From Cyanobacteriota bacterium (GTDB lineage: Bacteria > Cyanobacteriota > Cyanobacteriia > PCC-6307 > Cyanobiaceae), in assembly GCA_046052125.1 (NCBI GenBank), contig JBJOMY010000002.1, positions 128,001 through 192,000 of the forward strand: a stretch of DNA of 64,000 nucleotides. Direction: 5' to 3'. The position numbers and the translations under genes were made by a program. The notes below the pieces were generated by a model. That model saw only the letters and a list, made by a program, of their open reading frames with translations, searched no databases and was not told the DNA's origin. Positions 53,412 to 62,412 of this stretch are shown here, piece by piece; position 1 is the stretch's first letter, and the number at the start of each line of letters is the position of its first letter.

Positions 53412-53771
53412 ATGACGACACCCTCCTTCAACTGCGCAGCCCGCACCCAGCAAGCCCTCGTACTGCTGCTAAGCCAACAGCTGATCGATGCCCAGATCGT
53501 GCGAGCGGATCGCCCTGGCACCAATCGCCTCTGGCAGGAGGTCGGGGCACTGGAGATCGAACCCGAGCGCATCGAAAATCTGCTCTATTGCGGTCTTGAT
53601 GGCAGCGATCGCCAAGGGTTGATCGCCGAAGACAACGGCTGGCTCAGCCGCAACAGCCCGCGTCCACGCAACCGCTGGAACGTGTGGGGTGGCCGCCGCC
53701 GTCAGCCTTGCCGGAGCGGAATCGGCATCTCCACCTCCGCTGGCTTGGGCGCACAGCTCGCCACACGCTGA
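53412..53771 (+). CDS. Hypothetical protein
   Basis: Open frame filling the gap before cobA; its 3' end overlaps cobA convergently by 70 nt. Confidence 0.5.
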   Translation: MTTPSFNCAARTQQALVLLLSQQLIDAQIVRADRPGTNRLWQEVGALEIEPERIENLLYCGLDGSDRQGLIAEDNGWLSRNSPRPRNRWNVWGGRRRQPCRSGIGISTSAGLGAQLATR

Positions 53772-54502
53772 TTCACCACTTCACCGATCACCACGATCGA
53801 CGGGGACGCCAGCTCAGCGTCCCGCACCGCCTCAGCTAGACCCGCAAGATCCGCAATCACCGAGCGCTGACCGCGCACCGTGCCCTGCTGCACAGCCGCG
53901 GCGGGAGTTGTGGGGGGGAGGCCGCCAGCAATCAGCTCCTCACAGATGTGGGGCAAGTTATGCAGCCCCATGTAGATCACCAGGCCATCACTGCTGCGAG
54001 CCAAGGCCTGCCAATCCACACCAGGGCGCGCTTTATCGATTTCCTCGTGCCCGGTCACGAAGGTGACCGAACTGCCAGCGCGCCGATGGGTCACCGGAAT
54101 GCCCACGTAGGCCGGGGCGGCGATACCAGCCGTGACCCCCGGCACCACTTCCACGGCGACGCCATGGCGCTCAAGATGGGCGGCTTCCTCTCCACCACGC
54201 CCAAACAGGAAGGGGTCACCCCCTTTGAGCCGCACCACACAACGGTGGCGGCCCGCCAGCTCCACCAACACCGCATTGGTGCTGGGCTGTGGCACGGAAT
54301 GGTGTCCGCGCCGTTTGCCCACGAAGTGCTTCTCCGCCGTTTCGGGCACCAGCGCCAACACCTCCCGCGGCACCAACGAGTCGTACACCAGGGCATCGCA
54401 GCTGGAGAGCAGGCGATGGGCCTTGATCGTGAGTAGATCGGGATCGCCGGGTCCCGCCCCCACCAGATACACCTTGCCGGTGGAGCCAGCCTCAGCGCTC
54501 AT
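53702..54502 (-). CDS. cobA: Uroporphyrinogen-III C-methyltransferase
   Basis: VYLVGAGPGDPDLLT, RLKGGDPFLFGRGGEE, PVTHR. Confidence 0.96.
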   Translation of the reverse strand: MSAEAGSTGKVYLVGAGPGDPDLLTIKAHRLLSSCDALVYDSLVPREVLALVPETAEKHFVGKRRGHHSVPQPSTNAVLVELAGRHRCVVRLKGGDPFLFGRGGEEAAHLERHGVAVEVVPGVTAGIAAPAYVGIPVTHRRAGSSVTFVTGHEEIDKARPGVDWQALARSSDGLVIYMGLHNLPHICEELIAGGLPPTTPAAAVQQGTVRGQRSVIADLAGLAEAVRDAELASPSIVVIGEVVNQRVASCAPKPAEVEMPIPLRQG

Positions 54503-55233
54503 GGCAGGGCCTCCAGTTGGGCCAACAGAAAATCGCGCACGGCAGGCAGATCGAGCAGAGGGGGCAGCACCTCAGCCGATGGTGCACACCCACCCATGTT
54601 GAGGGATTCACTGAGGCGATTGGCGGCGAGGGTGAGCGGCGCCAGCAACTGCGGTTTCACAGTCTGGGCAGCGAGGCTGGCGCAGGGATCGCTGTAGGAC
54701 GCCGCCGCCCCCGGATAGCCCAGCACCGCGGCCAGGTGGTTGAGATAGCGATCACTGAGGGCACCCTGGAGTGGATGGTGCAGCCACAGCAAAGAGCGAC
54801 CCTGAGCGAACTCCGCCCATGTAGCAGCCAACAGCTGTTGCCATTGCCGCCAGGCTCCAAGAAATGGCAGGCGGCGTACCGCCACCATGGCTTCGCCCCC
54901 CGCTGCAGAGCGGTGATGCCAGCCGGCGGTGATCGCGGGCAGGTCGCTGCGCACGTGCTCGCCAGGCAGCAACAACAAAGGCACCAGCGTCAGCGCTCCC
55001 GCCAGGCGGGCGGCCAACCAGAAACGGCCATCACCATCGGGGGTGACGGCCGTAAGGGCCTGCACCAAAACCGGCGCTCCACGGCGCTGCTCCAACTCAG
55101 CGGCGAGTTGCTGCAATGCCACTGGGATCACTCCCCCCTGGCGGCCGTGCACGACCAGCACAAGCGGAGTGCGCTGCTCACAGCGTTCAGTGGATTCGCT
55201 CAGCCCCAAGGGCCCATGGATCACCGTTGCCAT
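54499..55233 (-). CDS. CbiX/SirB-like chelatase-fold protein
   Basis: LVVHGR, PLLLLPGEHVRSDLP, LHHP; ATGA-coupled to cobA; start uncertain. Confidence 0.72.
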   Translation of the reverse strand: MATVIHGPLGLSESTERCEQRTPLVLVVHGRQGGVIPVALQQLAAELEQRRGAPVLVQALTAVTPDGDGRFWLAARLAGALTLVPLLLLPGEHVRSDLPAITAGWHHRSAAGGEAMVAVRRLPFLGAWRQWQQLLAATWAEFAQGRSLLWLHHPLQGALSDRYLNHLAAVLGYPGAAASYSDPCASLAAQTVKPQLLAPLTLAANRLSESLNMGGCAPSAEVLPPLLDLPAVRDFLLAQLEALP

Positions 55234-55311
55234 CACCCTGGCAGGTCAGGGGCAGCTTCAGACAAGAGCCCAATCCAGCTGTGAGCCAGGATTAAAAGCG
55301 GCAAGCCGGTC

Positions 55312-56382
55312 ATGGGTGGCATGGTTGAAGAACCCAGCCCAAACGCACTCTCAGACGATCGATCGGCGGCCAAGCTTCGTTTTCGCACCTATCTCGGCAA
55401 GGTGGGCAGCGGCGAACACACCAGCAGTGGCCTGAGCCGCGAGGAAGCGGCCGATGCCATGGAGCTGATGCTCGATGGCATCGCCAGCCCGGTCCAAATC
55501 GGTGCCTTCCTGATCGCCCATCGCATCCGCAGGCCCGAGCCCCAAGAACTCGCCGGGATGCTGGATGTGTACCGGCGCCGGGGGCCATCCCTCACCAGCA
55601 GAGAACCGGCGATCTGCTTCGGCATGCCATTTGATGGCCGCAATCGCACCGCGCCGATCTACCCGCTCACTGCCTTGGTGCTGGCGACCGCGGGGGTTCC
55701 GGTGGTGCTGCACGGCGGCCAGCGCATGCCTGTGAAATACGGCGTGACTGCCGCGGAGCTCTTTAGCAGCCTGGGACTAGCCCTGAGCGGTCATCCGCTG
55801 AGCTGGGTCCAGACCTGCCTGGATCGTTGGCACTTGGCTCTTGTGCATCAGCCGGACCACTTCCCTGAAGCTGATGGCTTGATCGAAATCCGCGATGAAA
55901 TCGGCAAACGCCCACCGCTCGCGAGCTTGGAGCTGATCTGGACAGCCCATCGCGGCAATCACGTGCTCGTGAGCGGCTTTGTCCACCAGCCCACAGAGGC
56001 CAGAACTTGGGAAGCACTGCACCTGGCGGGTGAAACCAACGTGCTCACCGTGAAGGGGCTGGAGGGCGGCACCGATCTGCCCATCAGCCGCACCTGTGTG
56101 GCCGGCCGGAGCGAAAGCGGCAACGGTGAGCGCTTGTTGCTGAATCCGCGCGAGCACGGCTTCGAAGGCACTGACCCAATCTGGGACAGCCTGCCAAGCT
56201 GGAGCCAGCAGGCTCTGGCCGCCCTGAGCGGACAAGGTGAGCTCGCCGACGCATTGCGCTGGAACAGCGGCACCTATTTATGGCTGGCGGGGCGATGCGC
56301 CGACCAACAGGCGGGCATCCAGAAGGCGGACACCCTTCTGCAGAGCGGTGCTGCTCTACGACTTCTGGAGCAGATGCGCTAG
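55312..56382 (+). CDS. Anthranilate phosphoribosyltransferase-like protein (TrpD2/YbiB/CnaT type)
   Basis: KVGSGEHTS, QIGAFLIAHR, FDGRNR, MPVKYG, GKRPPLA, KGLEG. Confidence 0.85.
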   Translation: MGGMVEEPSPNALSDDRSAAKLRFRTYLGKVGSGEHTSSGLSREEAADAMELMLDGIASPVQIGAFLIAHRIRRPEPQELAGMLDVYRRRGPSLTSREPAICFGMPFDGRNRTAPIYPLTALVLATAGVPVVLHGGQRMPVKYGVTAAELFSSLGLALSGHPLSWVQTCLDRWHLALVHQPDHFPEADGLIEIRDEIGKRPPLASLELIWTAHRGNHVLVSGFVHQPTEARTWEALHLAGETNVLTVKGLEGGTDLPISRTCVAGRSESGNGERLLLNPREHGFEGTDPIWDSLPSWSQQALAALSGQGELADALRWNSGTYLWLAGRCADQQAGIQKADTLLQSGAALRLLEQMR

Positions 56383-56651
56383 GGGCGGAATTGAAAACCA
56401 AAAAGTTTCCGAACACCGCTGCACAAATCGGCCGCTAGGTCTACTTTTTCGAGCACTCCGCTGGTCCTCCAATGCTCGTGAAAAGCGGCACCGGCTCCTT
56501 CTCCATGGTGGGAGGAATGGTGATGAGCGCCCCGCAACAGCACACCGCTCGCCATAAGCAGCACTCACCGCTGAGCCAACTGGTGCGTCAACTCCTCAGG
56601 CCTTTCAAATAAGGCTGCGTGGGAAGGTGAAGCCAACACCGGGCCACCGCC

Positions 56652-57908
56652 ATGAGCTGGAGCCGCCCCTCCACCTCCCTCTGCGCCTTCATCACGCTGC
56701 TGAACGACCGGCTGGGAGAAAGCATCGTTTTCCCGCTGCTGCCATTTCTGCTCGCGAGTTTCACCAGTAACGGCCGCACCCTCGGGCTGTTGGCGGGCAG
56801 CTACGCGATCGCCCAGTTCGCCTTCACCCCGCTGATCGGCGCCCTCAGCGATCGCTACGGCCGCAAACCCGTGATCGCCGTGTGCGTGGCGGGGTCGGTG
56901 TTGGGGCTTGGCCTGTTTGCCATCACCTTGAGCATCAACTGGCAGGCGATCCCCTGGGCCGCCGGGGGGCTGATTCCCCTGGCGCTGCTGTTCTGCGGAC
57001 GGCTGATTGATGGGGTGAGTGGTGGCACGGCCGCCACCGCCGGCGCCGTGCTGGCCGACATCTCCACCCCCGAAAACCGGGCCAAAGCCTTCGGGCTAAT
57101 CGGCGTGGCCTTCGGGCTTGGCTTCATCCTCGGGCCCGCCTTCGGCGGCGTGCTGGCTGGGTTCAGCGTGACGCTGCCCGTGTGGGTGGCCACGGGATTC
57201 GCCCTGGTGAACTTGCTGCTGGTGGTGGTGTTGCTGCCGGAAACCCATCCCCAGGAGGCGCGGCGGGCGATGCCGCGCAAACGCGATCTCAACCCCTTCA
57301 CCGCCCTCAAGCGGGTGTTCACCAACCCTCAGGTGCGCCGGCTCTGCGCCGCGTTCTTTCTCTTCTTTATGGCCTTCAACGGCTTTACGGCCGTGCTGGT
57401 GCTCTATTTCAAGCAGGCCTTCAACTGGGGACCTGGCCTTGCCACCACAGCCTTCCTGGTGGTGGGTGTGGTGGCCACAGTGGTGCAGGGCGGGCTGATC
57501 GGACCGCTGGTGGCGCGCTTCGGCGAGTGGCGCCTCACCCTGGCGGGCCTCGGGTTCGTGATCATCGGTTGCCTGCTGATCCCGATGGCCAACAGCAGCA
57601 ACGCCGCGGGAGTGGTGTTCAGCGCCGTGGCGATCCTGGCCCTCGGCACCGGTCTGGTGACCCCATGCCTGCGGGCGCTGGTGTCGCGCCGGCTCGGCGA
57701 CAGCGGCCAGGGTGCAGCCCTGGGCAGCCTGCAGGGGTTGCAGAGCCTGGGCAGCTTCATCGGCCCGCCCGTGGCCGGCTTCAGCTACGACATGCTCGGG
57801 CAGCGCAGCCCCTTCTGGCTGGGGATCGCCCTGCTGGTTGGCGTAGCCGCCCTGGTGGCGGGAGGGCTGCCGTCAAGCGGCCAGAACACGCAAAACAGAC
57901 CAACCTGA
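56652..57908 (+). CDS. MFS transporter, TetA/DHA1-like
   Basis: GALSDRYGRKP motif A, GFILGPAFGG motif C; about 12 TM helices. Confidence 0.92.
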   Translation: MSWSRPSTSLCAFITLLNDRLGESIVFPLLPFLLASFTSNGRTLGLLAGSYAIAQFAFTPLIGALSDRYGRKPVIAVCVAGSVLGLGLFAITLSINWQAIPWAAGGLIPLALLFCGRLIDGVSGGTAATAGAVLADISTPENRAKAFGLIGVAFGLGFILGPAFGGVLAGFSVTLPVWVATGFALVNLLLVVVLLPETHPQEARRAMPRKRDLNPFTALKRVFTNPQVRRLCAAFFLFFMAFNGFTAVLVLYFKQAFNWGPGLATTAFLVVGVVATVVQGGLIGPLVARFGEWRLTLAGLGFVIIGCLLIPMANSSNAAGVVFSAVAILALGTGLVTPCLRALVSRRLGDSGQGAALGSLQGLQSLGSFIGPPVAGFSYDMLGQRSPFWLGIALLVGVAALVAGGLPSSGQNTQNRPT

Positions 57909-57943
57909 TTGCTAATTTGCACAGATAGGTCGATCGGTGATGC

Positions 57944-60082
57944 ATGGCTGAACCCGCGGTAGCGCCGGAGCTGTACATCAACCGGGAGCTCAGCTGGGTT
58001 GCCTTCAACCAACGGGTTCTCTCCCAGGCGCTGAGCGAGCACACGCCACTGCTGGAGCAGGCCAAATTCAGCGCGATTTTCAGCAATAACCTCGACGAAT
58101 TTTTCATGGTGCGTGTGGCTTCGTTGAAGTCACAGGTAGAGGCCGGCGTTCAAACCCTCAGTGACGACGGCCTCACGCCAAGCCAGCAGCTGGCGAAGGT
58201 GCGCGAAGCGCTGGCGCCGCTCCTGAGCCAGCAGCAGGCCCACTACCGCCACTACCTCAAGCATCAACTGGCAGACGTTGGTGTTCACCTGATCGACTAC
58301 GCCAAGCTCAACAAGAAGCAGAAGCAGTGGGTCAACACCTACTTCCAGAACGCCATCTTTCCGGTGCTCACACCACTGGCGGTGGATCCGGCGCACCCCT
58401 TTCCGTTTATCAGCAACCTCAGCCTCAACATTGCTGCGCTGATTCGCGACCCCGATTCAGGCCAACAACAATTCGCCCGCGTGAAGGTGCCGCAGAAAAA
58501 CCTGCCGCGCTTCGTGCAGCTGCCCGTTGAACTCAGCGACCACGAACCCAGCCCGGTCTACACGGCGGTTCCGCTGGAGCAGGTGGTGGCCTTCAACCTG
58601 AAGCTGCTCTTCCCCGGCATGACGGTGGAAGGCCACTACTTCTTCCGCGTCACCCGCGACGCCGACCTGGAGCTGCGGGATCTCGAAGCCGACGATCTGA
58701 TGGAGGCCCTGCAGCAGGGTCTGCGCAAACGGCGCATGGGCGGCGAGGTGGTGCGCCTCGAAGTGGCCGATGAGATGCCCCAAGACGTGGTGGATCTTTT
58801 GCTGGAGGGCACCGGCGTGGAGCCGGCGGATCTCTATCGGATCAACGGGCCGCTGGGCCTCGACGATCTGATGAGCCTGATGGCCGTGCCCCTGCCGAAG
58901 CTCAAGGACAAGCCCTACCGCGGCCGCACCCCAGCGGTGCTGGCCCGGGCCCAGAAGAGCCTGCTGGAAGACGGTTCGATCAAGGCGGAGGAATTCGAAA
59001 GCATCTTTTCCGTGCTGCGCCGCGGCGACGTGCTGCTGCATCACCCCTTCGATCTGTTCTCCACCTCGGTGGAGGAGTTCATCAACCAAGCGGCCGACGA
59101 CCCCTCGGTGCTGGCGATCAAGATGACTCTCTACCGGGTGTCGAAGGACTCGCCGATCATTGCCGCCCTGATCCGGGCAGCCGAAAACGGCAAGCAGGTG
59201 ATGGCCTTGGTGGAGCTCAAGGCTCGCTTCGATGAAGACAACAACATCCAGTGGGCCCGGCAGCTGGAGCGCTCCGGCGTGCACGTGGTGTACGGGGTGA
59301 TCGGCCTCAAGACCCACACCAAAATCACCCTGGTGGTGCGCAAGGAAAAGGAGCGGCTGCGCAGCTACTGCCACATCGCCACCGGCAACTACAACTCCCG
59401 CACCTCCACCCTCTACACCGATCTCGGCCTGCTCTCCGCCAGGCCGGAGCTGGGCCAGGACCTGGCCGAACTGTTCAACTACCTCACCGGCTTCTCCAAG
59501 CAGCAGGAATTCCGCAAGCTGCTGGTGGCACCGGTGACGCTCAGGCGGCGCATGCAGGAGCTGATCCAGCGCGAAACGGAACACGCCCGGGCCGGACGCC
59601 CCGCTGCGATCAAAGCGAAGATGAACGCGCTGGTGGATCCGCGGATCATCGGCCTGCTTTATGAAGCCTCTCAGGCCGGCGTAAAAATCGACCTGGTGGT
59701 GCGTGGCATGTGCAGCCTGCGACCAGGCGTTGAAGGGGTCAGCGACAACATCCGCGTCTCGAGTGTGATCGGTCGTTTTCTGGAGCACTCACGACTCTTC
59801 TGGTTCGCCAATGGCGGCACCGATGAGATGTATATCGGCAGCGCCGATTGGATGGGCCGCAACCTCGATCGCCGCGTGGAAGCGGTGGTGCCGATCGAAG
59901 ATCCCAACCTGCACCAGAGCCTGCTCCGCCTGATCGACGCCTACCTCGCCGACAACTGCACCGCCTGGGACATGCAGACCGACGGCAGCTTCGTGCGCCG
60001 CATTCCCGACGATGACAACATCGCCGTTCAGGCTGGCCTGATCAAGGACTGGCACCAAGGGCTATCTGGCGGCGACAGCTAG
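57944..60082 (+). CDS. ppk1: Polyphosphate kinase 1
   Basis: NRELSW, NLDEFFMVRV, ELKARFDE, KTHTK, GRFLEH, SADWM. Confidence 0.98.
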   Translation: MAEPAVAPELYINRELSWVAFNQRVLSQALSEHTPLLEQAKFSAIFSNNLDEFFMVRVASLKSQVEAGVQTLSDDGLTPSQQLAKVREALAPLLSQQQAHYRHYLKHQLADVGVHLIDYAKLNKKQKQWVNTYFQNAIFPVLTPLAVDPAHPFPFISNLSLNIAALIRDPDSGQQQFARVKVPQKNLPRFVQLPVELSDHEPSPVYTAVPLEQVVAFNLKLLFPGMTVEGHYFFRVTRDADLELRDLEADDLMEALQQGLRKRRMGGEVVRLEVADEMPQDVVDLLLEGTGVEPADLYRINGPLGLDDLMSLMAVPLPKLKDKPYRGRTPAVLARAQKSLLEDGSIKAEEFESIFSVLRRGDVLLHHPFDLFSTSVEEFINQAADDPSVLAIKMTLYRVSKDSPIIAALIRAAENGKQVMALVELKARFDEDNNIQWARQLERSGVHVVYGVIGLKTHTKITLVVRKEKERLRSYCHIATGNYNSRTSTLYTDLGLLSARPELGQDLAELFNYLTGFSKQQEFRKLLVAPVTLRRRMQELIQRETEHARAGRPAAIKAKMNALVDPRIIGLLYEASQAGVKIDLVVRGMCSLRPGVEGVSDNIRVSSVIGRFLEHSRLFWFANGGTDEMYIGSADWMGRNLDRRVEAVVPIEDPNLHQSLLRLIDAYLADNCTAWDMQTDGSFVRRIPDDDNIAVQAGLIKDWHQGLSGGDS

Positions 60083-60084
60083 CC

Positions 60085-60098
60085 GTAACGGCCGCTAC
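60085..60098. promoter_or_regulatory. Consensus NtcA box upstream of a sigma factor gene
   Basis: GTA-ACGGCCGC-TAC directly after the ppk1 stop. Confidence 0.55.
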
Positions 60099-60213
60099 AA
60101 ACAAGAAGAAAATCCAACGGAAAGGCTGCAGCAAGTCTTCCAATTCGCTGCGTTCTCAACACAGTGAAAGTGCTACATTCCGGCCAAATCAAGTTGAGGT
60201 CGGGGTCACGAGC

Positions 60214-61248
60214 ATGTCTCACCACTCCACCAACCCTCAATCTCTCCCTCCCCTCCAGTCCGACCCCGCTGGATTCCACGCCATGGATACCAACAATGCC
60301 GCTGCTTCCGGGCTGATGAACAACAGATCAGTCACCCGAAACGGCGCATACCGGCAGGGAGGTCGCCTCAGTGCTGATTCGATCGGCTGGTACCTGAGCA
60401 ACATCGGTCGGGTGCCGCTGCTCACCCCCGCCGAAGAAATCGAGCTTGCCCATCATGTGCAGGCGATGAAGAAGCTCCAGGAGCTTCCCAGCGATCAACT
60501 CACCCCACGCCAGAAGCACCAGATCCGCATGGGCTGCCGCGCCCGCGACCGGATGATGGCGGCCAACCTCCGGCTGGTGGTGAGCGTGGCCAAGAAATAT
60601 CAAAACCAGGGTCTTGAGCTGCTCGATCTCGTTCAGGAAGGAGCGATCGGACTGGAGCGGGCGGTCGACAAGTTCGATCCCGCCATGGGCTACAAGTTCT
60701 CCACCTATGCCTATTGGTGGATCCGCCAGGGCATGACGCGCGCCATCGACAACAGCGCACGCACGATCCGCCTGCCGATCCACGTGAGCGAAAAGCTCTC
60801 CAAGATGCGGCGTATCACCCGGGAACTCTCCCACCGCTTCGGCCGCCAGCCGAATCGCCTCGAACTGGCCCACGCCATGGGCATGTCGCCCGATGAGCTG
60901 GAAGATCTGGTGTCGCAAAGCGCACCCTGCGCCTCCCTCGATGCCCATGCCCGCGGCGACGACGACCGCAGCACCCTCGGGGAACTGATCGCCGATCCCA
61001 ACAGCAACGAGTCCATGGATTCCATGGACCGCAGCCTGCAGAAAGAGCACCTCGGCACCTGGCTCTCCCAGCTCAATGAGCGCGAGCGGCGCATCATCGA
61101 GCTGCGCTTCGGCCTCGAGGGCAACGAGCCCCTCACCCTCGCCGAGATCGGCCGTCAGATCAATGTGTCGCGCGAACGGGTGCGCCAGCTGGAAGCCAAG
61201 GCAATCCTCAAGCTGCGCATGATGACCAACTATCAGCAGGCTGCCTGA
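60214..61248 (+). CDS. RpoD-family (group 2) RNA polymerase sigma factor
   Basis: YLSNIGRVPLL, ANLRLVV, FSTYAYWWIRQ, SRERVRQLE; start may be 60283 or 60316. Confidence 0.95.
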   Translation: MSHHSTNPQSLPPLQSDPAGFHAMDTNNAAASGLMNNRSVTRNGAYRQGGRLSADSIGWYLSNIGRVPLLTPAEEIELAHHVQAMKKLQELPSDQLTPRQKHQIRMGCRARDRMMAANLRLVVSVAKKYQNQGLELLDLVQEGAIGLERAVDKFDPAMGYKFSTYAYWWIRQGMTRAIDNSARTIRLPIHVSEKLSKMRRITRELSHRFGRQPNRLELAHAMGMSPDELEDLVSQSAPCASLDAHARGDDDRSTLGELIADPNSNESMDSMDRSLQKEHLGTWLSQLNERERRIIELRFGLEGNEPLTLAEIGRQINVSRERVRQLEAKAILKLRMMTNYQQAA

Positions 61249-61259
61249 GCCCGCTGCCC

Positions 61260-61937
61260 TTGAACGACGTTCTGATCCAACAGCTCATCGGCGTCGCCGT
61301 TGTGGTTCTTTGGCTCGCCGTTGTGGTGGTGACCGCTCTGGCGGTGCGCCATCGCTGGCCGCAGCAGCGGGAATGGAGCCGCAAGGTGGTGCACATCGGC
61401 ACCGGACCGGTGGTGTTGCTGGCCTGGGGGCTGGACATCGACCGCTGGGTGGCGCTCCCCGCAGCAATCGCCGTGACCGCAGCCACAGCGATCAACCATC
61501 GCTTCCGGCTGTTGCCAGCCGTTGAGGATGTGGGCCGCCATAGCTACGGCACCATCGCCTATGGCGCCTCCATCGCTCTGCTGCTGGCATTGTTCTGGCC
61601 CAGTCAGCCCCTGGCCGTGGCAGCGGGCGTGTTGGTGATGGCCATCGGCGATGGGCTGGCGGGCCTGATCGGACCGCAGCTCAACTCACCGCGCTGGCGC
61701 CTGTTCGACCAGGGCAAATCCCTGGCGGGCACCCTGGCCATGGCCTTGGGGGCCCTGGCGGTGCTCACACTGCTGCACTCCACCGCTTTGAGCCAGGGCC
61801 TGGGGGCGCCCAGCCTGCCCAACTTGATGTTGATCGCGGCCATCGCCACGGCGCTGGAGCAACTCAGCGCCTTCGGCATCGACAACCTCAGCGTGCCGTT
61901 GAGCGCCGGACTGCTCTGGCAGCACTGGAGCCTCTGA
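61260..61937 (+). CDS. Phytol/dolichol kinase-family membrane protein
   Basis: SRKVVHIG, GDGLAGLIG, KSLAGT, DNLSVP. Confidence 0.88.
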   Translation: MNDVLIQQLIGVAVVVLWLAVVVVTALAVRHRWPQQREWSRKVVHIGTGPVVLLAWGLDIDRWVALPAAIAVTAATAINHRFRLLPAVEDVGRHSYGTIAYGASIALLLALFWPSQPLAVAAGVLVMAIGDGLAGLIGPQLNSPRWRLFDQGKSLAGTLAMALGALAVLTLLHSTALSQGLGAPSLPNLMLIAAIATALEQLSAFGIDNLSVPLSAGLLWQHWSL

Positions 61938-61945
61938 GGCCAGGC

Positions 61946-62278
61946 TCAGGCCTGCAGCATCGCCTCACAGCGACGCTCCCAGTCGTGCTTGGTGCCTAAG
62001 CCCGCCACCAGTCGGCGGTCGTGCGGCTCCACCAGCAACCGCTGCTGCCATTGGCGAATCGCTTCGGCGCGCTCAAGCCAAACATCCACCACCGTGCTGT
62101 GGATCACCTCCAGATCCCAGCCGCGGCCGCGGGCGGTGTCGAGCGCCCAGCCCAGCAGATCATCCAACTGAAACGGCCGAAAGCCTGCGAACACCGGCCC
62201 CTGGCTGACGCTGCTCTGCTCCAGATAAAAGAGCTGCAAAGGATCAGTCACACCACACAACTGCAGGAGATAGGTCAT
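61946..62278 (-). CDS. Conserved hypothetical protein (110 aa)
   Basis: MTYLLQLCGVTDPLQLFYLEQ...FAGFRPFQLDDLLGW; AGGGGG Shine-Dalgarno-like sequence upstream. Confidence 0.75.
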   Translation of the reverse strand: MTYLLQLCGVTDPLQLFYLEQSSVSQGPVFAGFRPFQLDDLLGWALDTARGRGWDLEVIHSTVVDVWLERAEAIRQWQQRLLVEPHDRRLVAGLGTKHDWERRCEAMLQA

Positions 62279-62368
62279 CAACAGACCCCCTGATCGCGTT
62301 TGATCAAACACTAACCGCAGCCGATCGGGCCGCTGTTCAGCTCAAACAGTTTGCAACGAGGGCATGAA

Positions 62369-62395
62369 TTAGCACTCCAACAAAGCGAGTGCTAA
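62369..62395. promoter_or_regulatory. CIRCE element (HrcA operator)
   Basis: TTAGCACTC-CAACAAAGC-GAGTGCTAA, an exact match to TTAGCACTC-N9-GAGTGCTAA; the palindrome extends to 62364-62400. Confidence 0.85.
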
Positions 62396-62412
62396 TTCAT
62401 CACTTGATCAAC

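Noticed and set aside
56383..56651. Cobalamin-riboswitch-like fragments (GCCCCGCAAC, GCCAACTGG, TGGGAAGGT) and a His-rich 61-aa ORF before the MFS gene
   Set aside because: Key conserved elements and pairings could not be identified, and the downstream gene is not B12-related; an Infernal search against the Rfam cobalamin models would settle it.
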